Positions 27,025 to 40,728 are shown, numbered from the stretch's first letter. The stretch is DNA of 64,000 nt from Octopus sinensis (GCF_006345805.1 NC_043024.1:14384001-14448000); one strand, 5' to 3'. A program made the numbers and translations. Notes: generated by a model from the sequence alone, not told the origin.

Positions 27025-27806
27025 CATATACGAATATATGTACATATATATATACGCATATACATATATATATACAAACATATATATACATATATCATCA
27101 TCATCATCATTTAACGTCTGTTTTCCATGCTAGCATGGGTTGGAAGTTTCGACTGGCATCTGGGAAGCCAGGAGGCTGCACCAGGCCCAGTCTGATCTGG
27201 CAATGTTTCTACGGCTGGATGCCCTTCCTAATGCCAACCACTCCATGAGTGTAGTGGGTGCATTTTACATGCCACCGGCACGGAGGACAGTCAAGATGGT
27301 GCTGGCATCGACCACATTCGGATGGTGCATTTTACATGCCACCGGCACAGGTATCATAACTACAATTTCCATTTGATGTTTATTTTGATGTACTTGACTC
27401 AGTAGGTCTCCACAAGCACATACATATATATATGGCTACATATGTATATATGTGTACTTCAATATATTTATGTGTGCATATATATGTATATATTTGTTTA
27501 TATATATGTGTGTTCATGTGTGTGTATTTACATATGTGTGTATATATTTATATACATACACACATATAAACATAGAGTTATATATGTAAAATGAAAGTTA
27601 GCCAGAAAAGCTTGAATGCAAGATATTTTAAAAGGCAAACATTATGTCATGTGACTAGTTTTAAATTGCCACATGTGAGAAAAGTTAGAGATTTCATACA
27701 AAAGAGTAAAGAAAGGGGAGATGTACTTAGATTATGTGTCTCTGTGTATAAAATAATTTCTCTTCAATAAAATATATATTACAATTTCTATATCTTAAAA
27801 TTTCAG

Positions 27807-27848
27807 CATCATCTACAGTACCTCCATACTCAGCATCTATACCAACAG
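27807..27848 (+). CDS. Microexon 7 (42 nt): (A)SSTVPPYSASIPT
   Basis: tttcAG|CATCATC...CCAACAG|GTcagt. Confidence 0.85.
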
Positions 27849-28201
27849 GTCAGTGGTTATATATTTATGTAATATAAACTCATGTACAATTTGTAAATCA
27901 AGATATATCATAATCATGATCATCATCATCATTTAGTGTCTGCTTTCCATGCTAGCATGGATTAGACACTTTCATTGAAACTGGTAAGCCAGAGAGGTGC
28001 AGCAATTTCCAGTTTGATTTTGTATGGTTTCCATGGCTGCACGCCATTCCTAATGGCAACCACTCCAAGAGTATAATGAGTGATTTTTACATGCTAACAG
28101 CATTAATGTTTTTATGTGCCACAAGCATGGGTGCCACTTACATAACATTGGCACCGGGTGTAATAACAATTTCACTTACATTGACAAGACTTATCAACGA
28201 T

Positions 28202-28603
28202 GGCGCAGTAGCGGCTGTGTGGTAAGTAGCTTGTTTACCAACCACATGGTTCTGGGTTCAGTCCCACTGTGTGGCATCTTGGGCAAGTGTCTTCTACTAT
28301 AGCCCCGGGCTGACCAATGCCTTGTGAGTGGATTTGGTAGAGAGAAACTGAAAGAAGCCTGTTGTATATAGATATGTGTGTGTGTGTTTGTGTGTCTGTA
28401 TTTGTCTCCCTAGCATTGCTTGACAACTGATGCTGGTGTGTTTATGTCCCCGTTACTTAGCGGTTTCGGCAAAAGAGACCGATAGAATAAGTACTGGGCT
28501 TACAAAAGAATAAGTCCCGGGGTCGAGTTGCTCAATTAAAGGCGGTGCTCCAGCATGGCCGCAGTCAAATAACTGAAACAAGTAAAAGAGTAAAGAGTAA
28601 AGA
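28202..28603 (+). mobile_element. SINE family A
   Basis: Homology to family. Confidence 0.85.
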
Positions 28604-29237
28604 GAGATGGAATGTCACAAAATGTTTCTGTCACATGTCATTGTCTGTGTGAGACCTAATGTTCAACTATCAGGCTTGACCATCTCCTCCCATGACCTAC
28701 TGGATCTAGCTCTTCCACAGGTTTGCTCCATAGATAGAAACCCACATCTGTTTTCATCCATATGCATCACAAGACCATACCTGCACAATCGTCTCTCTTA
28801 CACACCTCATACAATATTTCTTGTACCAAACTTTGCTGTCAAGATGCTTACACCCTATGGTACATATACACTGACATTACACATCCAGCAAAGCATACAA
28901 GCTTCGTCTCTTTCAAGCTTACACATGACCTCAGTGATCACATCCCAGGTTGCACTACCATGTAGCATGTATACTGCCATATGGCACAGCTGTTTGCACG
29001 TAATAATCTTAGAGTCTAACTTTCAGTGTGAGGGAGAGTCTTTGCTGCCACCAGGGGTGCAAAACTTTTTAAAAGGTAAACGCTATGTCATGTCAATATT
29101 TTAAATTACCACAAGTGAGAAAAGTTATACAAAAGAGTATAGAAAGGAGAGAACTGCTTAGATTGTGTGTCTGTGTGTATACAAAGAATTCTCTTCAATA
29201 TAATATGTATTACAATTTCTATATCCTAAAATTTCAG

Positions 29238-29279
29238 CATCATCTACAGTACCTCCATACTCTGCATCTATACCAACAG
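29238..29279 (+). CDS. Microexon 8 (42 nt): (A)SSTVPPYSASIPT
   Basis: tttcAG|CATCATC...CCAACAG|GTcagt. Confidence 0.85.
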
Positions 29280-29302
29280 GTCAGTGAATATATACTTATG
29301 TA

Positions 29303-30580
29303 TCAGGTCATCCCATAAGGTCTGTCTGAATTTTGAATAAAGAAAACAAGTGATCAAATGTTATATTTAATTGAAATTTAATCATCAATGTACTTTCCTT
29401 GATTATCTATGACTTCCTTCCATCTATTTACAAGCTTTTTAATCCCATCAATGTAAATCTCTTTTGATTTCAAAGCAAAGAACTCTGAAATGTCAGTTTC
29501 GACCTCCTCCTGGCTTGCGAAAGTTATGTCCCCCAAATGATTCCGTAAACTGCGAAACAAATGGTAGTCTGAAGGAGCAAGGTCGGGAGAATAAGGTGGA
29601 TGAGGAAGTTTTTCCTAACCAAGCTCTTCGATCTTCTCTGATGTGATCTTTGCTGTGTGGGGTCGTGCATTGTCCTGATGAAACATCACTCCTTTTCGAT
29701 TCACTAAAGGGGGTCTGGTTTTCTTCAAAACCTGGTTCAAATGCTCTAATTGCTGACAGTAGACTTAAGTATTCATTGTTGCATTAGGTGGTAACAATTC
29801 AAAGTGAATTACTCCTCTGCAATCCCACCAGATACAGAGAAGAAACTTTTTTCCATGAAATTCCCTTCTCGGTTGTGGTTGAGCTTTTTCCCTTTTACCA
29901 AGCCACTGTTTACGACATTTAACATTTCAATAGAAGATCTATTTTTCGTCATAAGTCAATCCACAAAGAGTGAAATGAGTTCACGAGAATGGAGAGAAGA
30001 GCAGATGTCAACTTGGGATTTGCAGTTGCTTTCAGAGAATTCACGAGGCACACATTTTCCAAGTTTAGGAACCTTTCCAAGTTGTTGAAGATGACGATGA
30101 ACAGTTGTTTGTTTTGAACTAAGCTTTATTGCCAATTTTTCAACTGATAATGCAGGATTTTCTTCAAGTAATGCCTCAAGGAGCTTATCATCAAACTTGA
30201 TTAGATGTCCTGTTCGATCTTCATCTTCAAGGCTGAAATCTCCACTTCTGAATTTTGCAAACCACCTTCTGCAAGTTCTTTCATTCAAACATTCTTTCCC
30301 ATAAACTGAGTGCATGTTTCGAGTTGCTTCGGCTGCAGAGTTTCCATTTTTGTACTCATAAAGCATTATGTGCCTCAAATGCTCTTTGGATACTTCCATG
30401 TTAGAAAGGGTTTTAATCAAAGGAATTTTAATTCTATTATTCTGTAAAATAATATTTAATTAGTTTAAATGTACACAAATGCATAAAAATAATTATAATT
30501 CTATTACACATTCTAAAATACTATTAAATTTCATTAAATTATAAACGGTAAAATCAGACAGAACTTATGGGATGACCTGA
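29303..30580 (-). mobile_element. Near full-length mariner transposon with disrupted transposase
   Basis: ~30-bp TIRs tcaggtcatcccataag, TA TSD; ORF pieces 29956-30420 (HTH region, RHIMLYEYKNG...RRWFAKFRSGDFSLED) and PHPPYSPDLAPSDYHLFRSL...KKLVNRWKEVIDNQGKYID. Confidence 0.95.
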
Positions 30581-30896
30581 TACATATATATATGTACATA
30601 TATATTCAGATATATATATATATATATATATACAGCTGTAAACTCACTCTTACCTTCACCTTGCTTAACTAATTAAATAATGGCTTTTTAGCACGATAGA
30701 TACACTTCTATTCGTTGTTTTTCCTCCGTTTTCTTATCATATTTCAGTTTTTAGCCCTTTATGAATGAAATCCTTAAAAAATTAGCCAGAAACTATTGCA
30801 TGCAAGATATTTTAAAGGCAAATCCTGTCATGTGAATAGTTTTAAATTACCACATGTGAGAAAAGTTAGAGATTTTATGCAAAAGAGTAAAGAGTA

Positions 30897-31280
30897 ACCA
30901 ACCTCATGGTTCTGGGTTCAGTCCCACTGTGTGGCATCTTGGGCAAGTGTCTTCTGCTATAGCCCCGAGCCGACCAATGCCTTGTGAGTGGATTTGGTAG
31001 ATGGAAACTGAAAGAAGCCTGTCGTATATATGTATATATATATGTGTGTGTGTGAGTGTGTGTATGTGTTTGTGTGTCTGTGTTTGTCCCCCTAGCATTG
31101 CTTGACAACCGATGCTGGTGTGTTTACGTCCCCGTCACTTAGCGATTTGGCAAAAGAGACCGATAGAATAAGTACTGGGCTTACAAAAAGAATAAGTCCC
31201 GGGGTCGATTTGCTTGACTAAAGGCGGTGCGCCAGCATGGCCGCAGTCAAATGAGTGAAACAAGTAAAAGAGTAAAGAGT
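30897..31280 (+). mobile_element. SINE family A, 5'-truncated, upstream of microexon 9
   Basis: Same insertion as 19407-19790. Confidence 0.85.
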
Positions 31281-31368
31281 GTATGTGCTTAGATTGTGTG
31301 TCTGTGTGTATAAAATGATTTCTATTCAATAAAATATATATTACAATTTCTGTATCCTAAAATTTCAG

Positions 31369-31410
31369 TATCGTCTGCAGTACCTCCATATTCAGCATCT
31401 ATACCAACAG
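31369..31410 (+). CDS. Microexon 9 (42 nt): (V)SSAVPPYSASIPT
   Basis: tttcAG|TATCGTC...CCAACAG|GTcagt. Confidence 0.85.
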
Positions 31411-32469
31411 GTCAGTGATTATATATTTATTTAATATAAGCTTATGTTTATTTCTTAAATCAAGATATGTCCTCATTATCATCATCATCATTTAGCATCT
31501 GCTTTCAATGGAGTCATGGATTAGATACTTTGACTGAAACTGGTAAGCCGGGGAGGTGTAGCAATTTAACTTCGCATTTGGTATTGTTGCTATGGCTGGA
31601 TGCCCTTCCTAATGCCAACCACTTTGATGACACTGGCATCAGCCACGACTATTATTTCATATAGTTTGATGAGTCTTCTCAAGGGTGACAAAGCTCCAAA
31701 GATCTTGCTCCCATGTCATTACCTCTTTGAGACCCAATGTTGAATGATTATGCTTCACCATCTCCTCCCATGTCTTCCTGAGTCTACCTCTTCCCTAGGT
31801 TTTGTCCCCGAATTCTTTACACAGCTGTCCTGATATGTATACATGACAAGATCATACTAGCACAATCATGACTTTTACACAGCACATCAATGTCCCTGAT
31901 GCCCAACTCTTGTCTCAAGATGCTTACACTCTGTTGTACATGCACACTGACATTTCACTTCAGCAAAGCATACCAGCTTCATTTCTTTCAAGCCTACACA
32001 TGTCCTCATTGGTCTCAGATCGTGTTTCTCTGACATGTAGCATGTACACTGCCCGGTAGCATGGCTGTTTGCCCACAGATATCATACAGTCAGCCTTTCA
32101 CTCTGAGGAAGAGGTTTTGTTGCCATCAGAGGTAGGAGCTCTCTGAACTATGGCCAGCCTATTCTTATTCTCGTTGTTACACTTTCATTGTATCCACGTC
32201 CACTACTAACTTGTTCACCTACATAACAGAAGCTAGCTCTTAGCTCTAGCGGACCACACTGTCAGTTGATGGGATATATTTTCTGTATATTTTAGGTGTT
32301 TAGTGTACCTGTGTACACCAAAATTCATTTGTTTCTCACTGACAAAGGCTGCGGGAGAAAACAATCTAAGTGATATGCATATAAAACTGGTTTAATAAAT
32401 ATATTCAACTTACACTTACACTCTAACCCATGCTAGCTAGGGAAGTGGACATTAAAAGATGATTATATA

Positions 32470-32509
<40 letters not shown>

Positions 32510-32899
32510 TATATATGTACATATCTGGCTATATATGTATGACCCGACCGGCCTCGTGCCGGTGGCACGTAAAAGGCACCATCCGTTCGTGTCCGTTGCC
32601 AACCTCGCCTGGCCCCCGTGCCGGTGGCACATAAAAAGCACCATCCATTCGTGGCCGTTTGCCAGCTCTGTCTGGCACCTGTTCTGGTGGCACATAAAAA
32701 GCACCCACTACACTCATGGAGTGGTTGGCGTTAGGAAGGGCATCCAGCTGTAGAAACATTGCCAGATCAGACTGGGCCTGGTGCAGCCTTCTGGCTTCCC
32801 ATACCCCAGTTGAACCGTCCAACCAATGCTAGCATGGAAAACGGGCGCTAAACGATGATGATGATGATGATGATGATTTGTGTGTTTATATATATATAC

Positions 32900-32973
<74 letters not shown>

Positions 32974-33051
32974 GAATATATATTTGTGTATATGTGTGTG
33001 TGTGACAGAGTGCTTTTACATGTGTGTGTGTGTATATACATACACACATAG

Positions 33052-33378
33052 TAGAGTGCAATATCCCAGTGGTTAGTGCAGTGGACTTATGGTCATGGGG
33101 TCACAGTTTCGATTCCCAGACTGGGCATTGTGAGTGTTGGTGAACCCTGCTGTATTATTTCACCACAACATTCTCTCACTCTTTCTTCCTGGTTCTTCTG
33201 TACCTGTACGTCAAAGGGCTAGACTGTCTGTGTCATGCTGACTCTCCACGAGGACTACGTTAAGGGTAAAAGTGTCTGTGGAATACTCGACCACTTGCAC
33301 ATTAATTTCACGTGCAGGCTGTTCTGTTGAACAGAGCAACTGGAACCCTCCCCATTGTAACCAACGGAATGCCACCAT
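33052..33378 (+). mobile_element. SINE family C, diverged
   Basis: Degenerate homology. Confidence 0.65.
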
Positions 33379-33384
33379 GTATAT

Positions 33385-33585
33385 CAGTGCTTTTCAACAT
33401 TTTTGCTGGAGCGGAACCCCAAGGAAACATTCCACTGGCTGGAGGAACCCCTGTGCAATAATTTAATAGTCTTATGCACACATATCTGCACAGGAGACTT
33501 AAAAGTTACTGCCGATTCTAGCAGTTTTGTAACTTCTTGCAGAACCCCTGGACTGTTCTGGCGGAACCCTGGTTGAAAACCACTG
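33385..33585. mobile_element. hAT-type MITE, second copy
   Basis: Same body as 2710-2928; 8-bp TSD atgtatat. Confidence 0.85.
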
Positions 33586-33948
33586 ATGTATATATATATA
33601 TTAATAGTTATCGCCATACTAATATGGCAGTCTATAAATATAAGACTAAAGCTGTCGCTGATTAGCTCCAAGAGGCCACCGCCTCTAGCTAGCTATATGA
33701 CACATGAACCTGCGTCCATTACAACCTTCGAACAGGTTGTAATGGACGCAGGTTTGTGTATCATATAGCTAGCTAGAGGCGGTGGCCTCTTGGAGCTAAT
33801 CAGTGACAGCTTTAGTCTTATATTTATAGACTGCCATATTAGTATGGCGATAATTATCAATATCCAGTAACGCTGCCGTAATCTCCTTTAGAGAGACTTA
33901 GTAATTTTAATATTTCTATTATATATATACATATATGTTTATATATAT

Positions 33949-34088
33949 AGGCGCAGGAGTGGCTGTGTGGTAAGTAGCTTGCTTACCAAACACATTGTTC
34001 CAGGTTCAGTGTCTTCTACTGTGGGCTGACCAAAGCCTTGTGAGTGGATTTGGTAGACGGAAACTAAAAGAAGCCCGTCGTATATATG

Positions 34089-34119
<31 letters not shown>

Positions 34120-34310
34120 ATGTTTGTATGTCTGTGTTTGTCCCCCTAGCATTGCTTAACAACCGATGCTGGTGTGTTTACGTCGCCATCACTTAGCGAT
34201 AGAATAAGTACTGGGCTTACAAAGAATAAGTCCCGGGGTCGATTTGTTCGACTAAAGGCGGTACTCCAGCATGGCCGCAGTCAAATGACTGAAACAAGTA
34301 AAAGAGTAAA
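33949..34310 (+). mobile_element. SINE family A with internal deletions
   Basis: Homology to family. Confidence 0.8.
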
Positions 34311-34612
34311 GAATATGTAAACACAATGTTGTATATGTAAAACCACAATATAAGAAGATAATATGTTTCACTCTTTAGCCCATCATGTGGAACCTGAAAA
34401 TATTTGCTAGAAAATTCTTGAACACAAGATATTTTAAAAAGCAAACTCTATGTCATGTGAATAGTTTTAAATTACCACAAGTGAGAAAAGTTAGAGATTT
34501 CATACCAAATAGTACAGAAAGGAAAAATGTGCTTAGACTGTGTGTCTCTGTGTATAAAATAATTTCTCTTCAATATAATATGTATTACAATTTCTATATC
34601 CTAATATTTCAG

Positions 34613-34654
34613 CATCATCTACAGTACCTCCATACTCTGGATCTATACCAACAG
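34613..34654 (+). CDS. Microexon 10 (42 nt): (A)SSTVPPYSGSIPT
   Basis: tttcAG|CATCATC...CCAACAG|GTcagt. Confidence 0.85.
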
Positions 34655-35030
34655 GTCAGTGATTATATATTTATGTAATATAAACTTATGTACAATTTGT
34701 AACTCAAGATATATCATAATCATGATCATCATCATCATTTAGTGTCTGCTTTCCATGCTGGCATGGGTTTGACACTTTCACTGAAACTGGTAAGCCAGAG
34801 AGGTGCAGCAAGTTCCAGTTGGATTTGGTATGGTTTCCATGGCTGCATGCCATTCCTAATGCCAACCACTCCAAGATTATAGTGGGTGCTTTTTACATAC
34901 CACTGGCAATGATGGTTTTGAGTGACACAAGCATGGGTGCCATGTACAAGACATTGGCACCAGCCACGACTACATTTTCACTTATGTTGATGAGTCTTCT
35001 CGAGAATGGCATATCACAAAAGCTATCAGT

Positions 35031-35440
35031 CAGGAGTGGCTGTGTGGTAAGTAGCTTGCTAACCAGCCACATGGTTCTGGGTTCAGTTCCACTGCATGGC
35101 ATCTTGGGCAAGTGTCTTCTGCTATAGCCCTGGGCCGACCAATGCCTTGTGAGTGGATTTGGTAGACGGAAAACTGAAAGAAGCCTGTCGTATATATGTA
35201 TATATATATATGTGTGTGTGTGTTTGTGTGTCTGTGTTTGTCCCCCTAGCATTGCTTGACAACCGATGCTGGTGTGTTTACGTCCCCGTCACTTAGCGGT
35301 TCAGCAAAAGAGATTGATAGAATAAGTACTGGGCTTACAAAGAATAAGTCCCGGGGTTGATTTGCTCGACTAAAGGCAGTGCTCCAGCATGGTCGCAGTC
35401 AAATGACTGAAACAAGTAAAAGAGTAAAAGAGTAAAAGAG
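35031..35440 (+). mobile_element. SINE family A
   Basis: Homology to family. Confidence 0.85.
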
Positions 35441-36328
35441 AGTCACTCGAATTTGCCTCAGTGAGACCCATTGTTCAACTATCATGCTTCACCATCTCCT
35501 GCTATGTCTTCCTATGTCTAGCTCTTCTACAGGTTCTCTCCACAGTTAGAGTTCCATGCTTCTTTTCACAGCTGTATTCATCCATACGCATCACAACACC
35601 ATACCAGCACCATCGTCTCTCTTACACACCACATACAATGTCTCTTATGCCGAACTTTTTTCTCAAGATTCTTACACATTATTGTACATGTTCAATAACA
35701 TTGCACATTCAGCCAAGCAAACAATATTTATTTCTTTCAAGTCTACACATGTCCTCTGTGGTCTCAGCCCATGTTTCACTGCCATATAGCATGGCTGTTT
35801 GCTTGCAGTAATCCTACAATCTACCTTTCGGTCTGAGCGAGAATCTTCTGTAGCATAGTTAAGATCCCTCTCAAATTTGACCAGCCTATTCTTATTCTCA
35901 CAATTATGCTCTCAGAACATCCACATTCACAACTAACGTTAACACCTAGATAATGGAAGCTCTCTACTACATCTATCTTATCTCGCTGTCAGCTGATGGG
36001 ACATATTTTCTGTAACATTTTCAGAGTTTATTGTGCCTATGTACCTTCCACACACAAAAGCTATTTTCCTTTGACCACAATATATCGCACTGTAATACAC
36101 ACCAAAATAAATTTGTTTCCCAACAATAAATGCTGCGAGAGAAGACAATCAGTGTTTAAAACATATCAACATGTTAAATAAATATATTCAACTTAAACCT
36201 GCTCTGTAACCCATGCCATCTTGGAAAGTGTAAGTTAAACGTAGATGATAATATATAAATATATATTTATGGCTATATACAAATATATATACACTCACAC
36301 ATATATATATACACTACATATATATATG

Positions 36329-36373
<45 letters not shown>

Positions 36374-36533
36374 TGGTAAAAAAAGGTAAGATAACAAAAG
36401 AAAGAAAGAGACCTCAATATTATGTAAATAGAGGAAATTTATCTGTAGAATAATATGTGACAATTATTCGGTAGCCAAGATAAAACTCTGAGTTTCGGAT
36501 GCTGAGGTGGAAATCCACACCACCATCTCTTCG

Positions 36534-36602
<69 letters not shown>

Positions 36603-37144
36603 TTTATTTAAAGCAGCAGAAAATTCAACAAAACCTGTTACTCTGAGTTTCCTGTTTCCGTTTGTCGGACAGTTTCACATTTATGTGTTTACTCCGGTAT
36701 ATATATATACAGACATACATATACACATACATACATACAGATACACTTTCATATATATTTATATATAATTCAAAAAATGTTTAATAAATAAAATTATGGA
36801 CTTTTACTAAATACACAAACGAATATAAAACGCAGAATGTCACCAGTTTCTCTTCTATAATTTCCCAGAGAATTGAGCGCAGTTTTGGCCATTATCGATA
36901 ATATTACTTTCACTCTGGAATCACCGGCAAGAAATTTGGTGGTAATGGAACCAAAACATAACGAAGCGAGACTGGCTCAAAATGAGACCATTAGTAGATT
37001 GATGAGGGACAAAGCAATTCACAGAATAGGGCTTAGGGCCACACGAAGAAAACAATTAAAATGGCAACAATACATATACAGCAAAAAATGCCTTAGAACT
37101 GCAAGGCAAGGCAAAAACGTGTGTGTATATATATCTGTGGTGTG

Positions 37145-37175
<31 letters not shown>

Positions 37176-37291
37176 TGTGTGTGCAAAAGAGTAAAGAAAG
37201 TGGAGATGTGCTTACATTGTGTGTCTGTGTATATACAAAGTATTCTCTTCAATATAATATGTATTACAATTTCTGTATCCTAACATTTCAG

Positions 37292-37333
37292 CATCATCTG
37301 CAGTACCTCCATACTCTGCATCTATACCAACAG
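37292..37333 (+). CDS. Microexon 11 (42 nt): (A)SSAVPPYSASIPT
   Basis: tttcAG|CATCATC...CCAACAG|GTcagt. Confidence 0.85.
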
Positions 37334-37386
37334 GTCAGTGATTGCATTTATGTAATATAAGCTATGTTTATTTTTAAATCAAGATA

Positions 37387-37760
37387 TGCGCAGGAGTGGC
37401 TGTGTGGTAAGTAGCTTGCTAAACCACACACGGTTGCGGGTTCAGTCCCACTGCGTGGCATCTTGGGCAAGTGTCTTCTGCTATAGCCCCGGGCCGACCA
37501 ATGCCTTGTGAGTGGATTTGGTAGACGGAAACTGAAAGAGCCTGTCGTATATATGTATATATATGTGTATGTGTGTGTGTTTGTGTGTCTGTGTTTGTCC
37601 CCCTAGCATTGCTTGACAACCGATGCCGGTGTGTTTACATCCCCGTCACTTAGTGGTTCGGCAAAAAAGAGACCGATAGAATAAGTACTAAAAGGTGGTG
37701 CTCCAGCATGGCCACAGTCAAATGACTGAAACAAGTAAAAGAGTAAAAGAGTAAAAGAGT
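37387..37760 (+). mobile_element. SINE family A
   Basis: Homology to family. Confidence 0.85.
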
Positions 37761-38002
37761 ATATGTCCTCATTATCATCATCATCATTCAGGGTGATAAA
37801 ACACGGGATAAATGTAAGCACCTGTATATGCCAGCTAGTAGCATTGTGATACAAGTCTTTGGTGTAGCAATAGCACGCGGCTGAAGAAGGCTTTTGATCT
37901 ATCTGTTATATCGATTATGCATTGATGTAAGAATAAGTTGTTCTATAACATATGTACCGCAACATCCTTTGCGTCCTGTTTTTCATTTATTTCATTTGAT
38001 AC

Positions 38003-38072
<70 letters not shown>

Positions 38073-38074
38073 GT

Positions 38075-38470
38075 ATGTATATACTTTGATAGGTTTTGGC
38101 CATTATTGGCCCAGGCCATGTCTAACTTAATAGCACCACCTGGTGAAGTCTTTCAAGTCAGAATTTGGGCACTATGGCCCACTCATGTAGAGAGTTATTG
38201 TTTACAGAGACATATCCGGTGGTAGGGGGTTTATCCGGGATTTCTTGAAGGAATCTGTCCAAAGACTTCTTGAACCCTATAGGTCAGTTTTCTGTTTTAA
38301 TGTGTTTGGTGTAATGTTAAAGAGAGCGGGGCCATTGAGGTGAAATAATTGTGCCGTATTGTTGTTATGAGATGAGAGTGCGATTTTTGTTTTGGCGGAT
38401 GGCACGGGGCCCAAGCCTTGGATGTACCTTAAAGGTGATGCCAACATCATTTGGGCAAGCTGATGGAATA
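38075..38470 (-). mobile_element. CR1-like LINE C-terminal fragment
   Basis: Minus strand reads ...NGPALFNITP...FKKSLDRFLQEIPDKP-like, typical of CR1-group ORF2 ends. Confidence 0.55.
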
Positions 38471-38586
38471 TTTTCCATATTATATGTATGTATGTATATA
38501 TATATGTATGTATATATATATGTATGTATGTATATATATATACATATATATTACTATATATATATATATATATTATATATACATAC

Positions 38587-38617
<31 letters not shown>

Positions 38618-38719
38618 CATACATATATTATATACATATATATATATATATACATACATATATATATATACATATATATATATCATATATATATATATAT
38701 ACATACATATATATAATAC

Positions 38720-38761
<42 letters not shown>

Positions 38762-38786
38762 ATATATAACATATATATATATATAC

Positions 38787-38835
<49 letters not shown>
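38470..38835. repeat. Long imperfect (TA)n/(TACA)n microsatellite (one of dozens in the window)
   Basis: Composition. Confidence 0.95.
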
Positions 38836-38839
<4 letters not shown>

Positions 38840-39141
38840 ATATACACTCACTCATAAAACCAGAAGTACAATATAAGGAGATAGTGGCATATTTCACTGT
38901 TTAGCCGTTTATGATGAATGAAATCCTTAAAAAATTAGCCAGATAATATTGCATGTAAGATATTTTAAAAGGCAAATCCTATCATGTGAATAGTTTTAAA
39001 TTAACACATGTGGGAAAAGTTAGAGATTTCATGCAAAAGAGTCAAGAAAGGGGAAATGTGCTTAGATTGTGAGTCTTTGTGTATAAAATGATTTCTATTC
39101 AATAAAATATATATTACAATTTCTGTATCCTAAAATTTCAG

Positions 39142-39183
39142 TATCGTCTGCAGTACCTCCATATTCAGCATCTATACCAACAG
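39142..39183 (+). CDS. Microexon 12 (42 nt): (V)SSAVPPYSASIPT
   Basis: tttcAG|TATCGTC...CCAACAG|GTcagt. Confidence 0.85.
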
Positions 39184-40127
39184 GTCAGTGATTATATATT
39201 TATTTAATATAAACTTCTGTTTCTTTTTTAAATCTACACACATCATCATCACTTAGCGTCTGCTTTCCATGCTGGCATGGATTAGATACTTTGACTGAAA
39301 CTGGTAAACTGGAGTGGTGCAGCAATTTCCAGTCACATTTGGCATTGTTGCTATGGCTGGATGCCCTTCATAATGCCAACCACTTTGATGACACTGGCAT
39401 CAGCCACGTCTATTATTTCACATAATTTGACAAGCCTTCTCGAGGGTGGCAAAGCTCCAAAGATCTTGCTCTCATGTCATTACCTCTTTGAGACCCAATG
39501 TTCAATGATTATGCTTCACCATCTCCTCCTGTCTTCCTGGGTCTACCTCTTCCCCAGCTTTCACCCACTGTTGCCAGCAGATGTAAGAGCTCTTTGGATT
39601 TTTCCCAACCCATTTTTATTCTCGCAATTATGCTCTTAGGATATCCACATCCACAACTGACTTGGTCACCTAGATAACAGATTCTATCTACTTTCTCCAG
39701 CTTACCATACTGGCAGTTGATGGCATATATTTCCTGTACATTTTCGGTGTTTATTGTACCTAGGTACCTTCCACACCCCAAAACTGTTTTCCCTGTTATC
39801 CTTCATTTCATATTGATGTATTAATCTTATCTATACACCAAAATTAATTTGTTTTTCAACGATTAAGACTGTGAGAGAAGACATTTGAATTTATATGCAT
39901 ATCACCAAGTTTAAGAAATATATTCAACTTACACCACATCAGTAACCATTATAGCATGGAAAGTGGACATTAAATGAAGATGATTTATATATAACAGGAT
40001 GCTTTATGAAAATAAACAAAAGACGAAGGCAGGTTTACGGAAATAAACAAAAGACGAAGGCAGGTGGAATACAAACAAACAATTGTATTAGTATGGCGCT
40101 CAGGAATATAAATAAAATATATATATA

Positions 40128-40693
40128 TCCAGCTGTAGAAACTGCCAGATCAGATTGGAGTCTGGTTCGTCAGACGTCAGTCAAATCGTCCAACCCATGC
40201 TAGCATGGAAAGCGGACATTAAATGATGATGATGATGATGATATATATATATATATATATATCATCATCATCATCATTGTTTAGCGTCCGCTTTCCATGC
40301 TAGCATGGGTTGGACGATATATATATATATATGTATGTATATATCATCATCATCATCGTTTAACGTCCGCTTTCCATGCTAGCATGGGTTGGACGGTTCA
40401 ACTGGGGTCTGGCAAGCCCGAAGGCTGCACCAGGCCAGTCAGATCTGGCAGTGTTTCTACAGCTGGATGCCCTTCCTAACGCCAACCACTCCGAGAGTGT
40501 AGTGGGTGATTTTATGTGCCACCGACACAGGTGCCAGACGAGGCTGGCAGACGGCCACGCTCGGATGGTGTTTTTTATGTGCCACCGACACAGGTGCCAG
40601 ACGAGGCTGGCAGACGGCCACGCTCGGATGGTGTTTTCTTATGTGCCACCGACACAGGTGCCAGACGAGGCTGGCGAACGGCCACGCTCGGAT

Positions 40694-40695
<2 letters not shown>
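40128..40695. mobile_element. RTE-tail non-autonomous elements (…agcatggaaagcggacgttaaa(tga)n end) in both orientations, with three ~63-bp internal tandem repeats at 40513-40695; relatives at 13021-13265, 15975-16125, 27096-27420, 32530-32878, 44912-45498, 53297-53433
   Basis: Shared gttaggaagggcatccagc...catggaaagcggac(g/a)ttaaa(tga)n 3' end. Confidence 0.7.

Positions 40696-40728
<33 letters not shown>

Noticed and set aside
27807-27848. Resemblance of YSASIPT to the RNA polymerase II CTD heptad, or of PPY to a WW-binding PPxY
   Set aside because: No SP dipeptides at the CTD positions, PPYS is not PPxY, and the adjoining domain looks extracellular.
38277-38897. Many ORFs rich in YIYI/HTHT/CVCV (here and throughout)
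   Set aside because: Translations of (TA)n, (CA)n and (TACA)n microsatellites; not genes.
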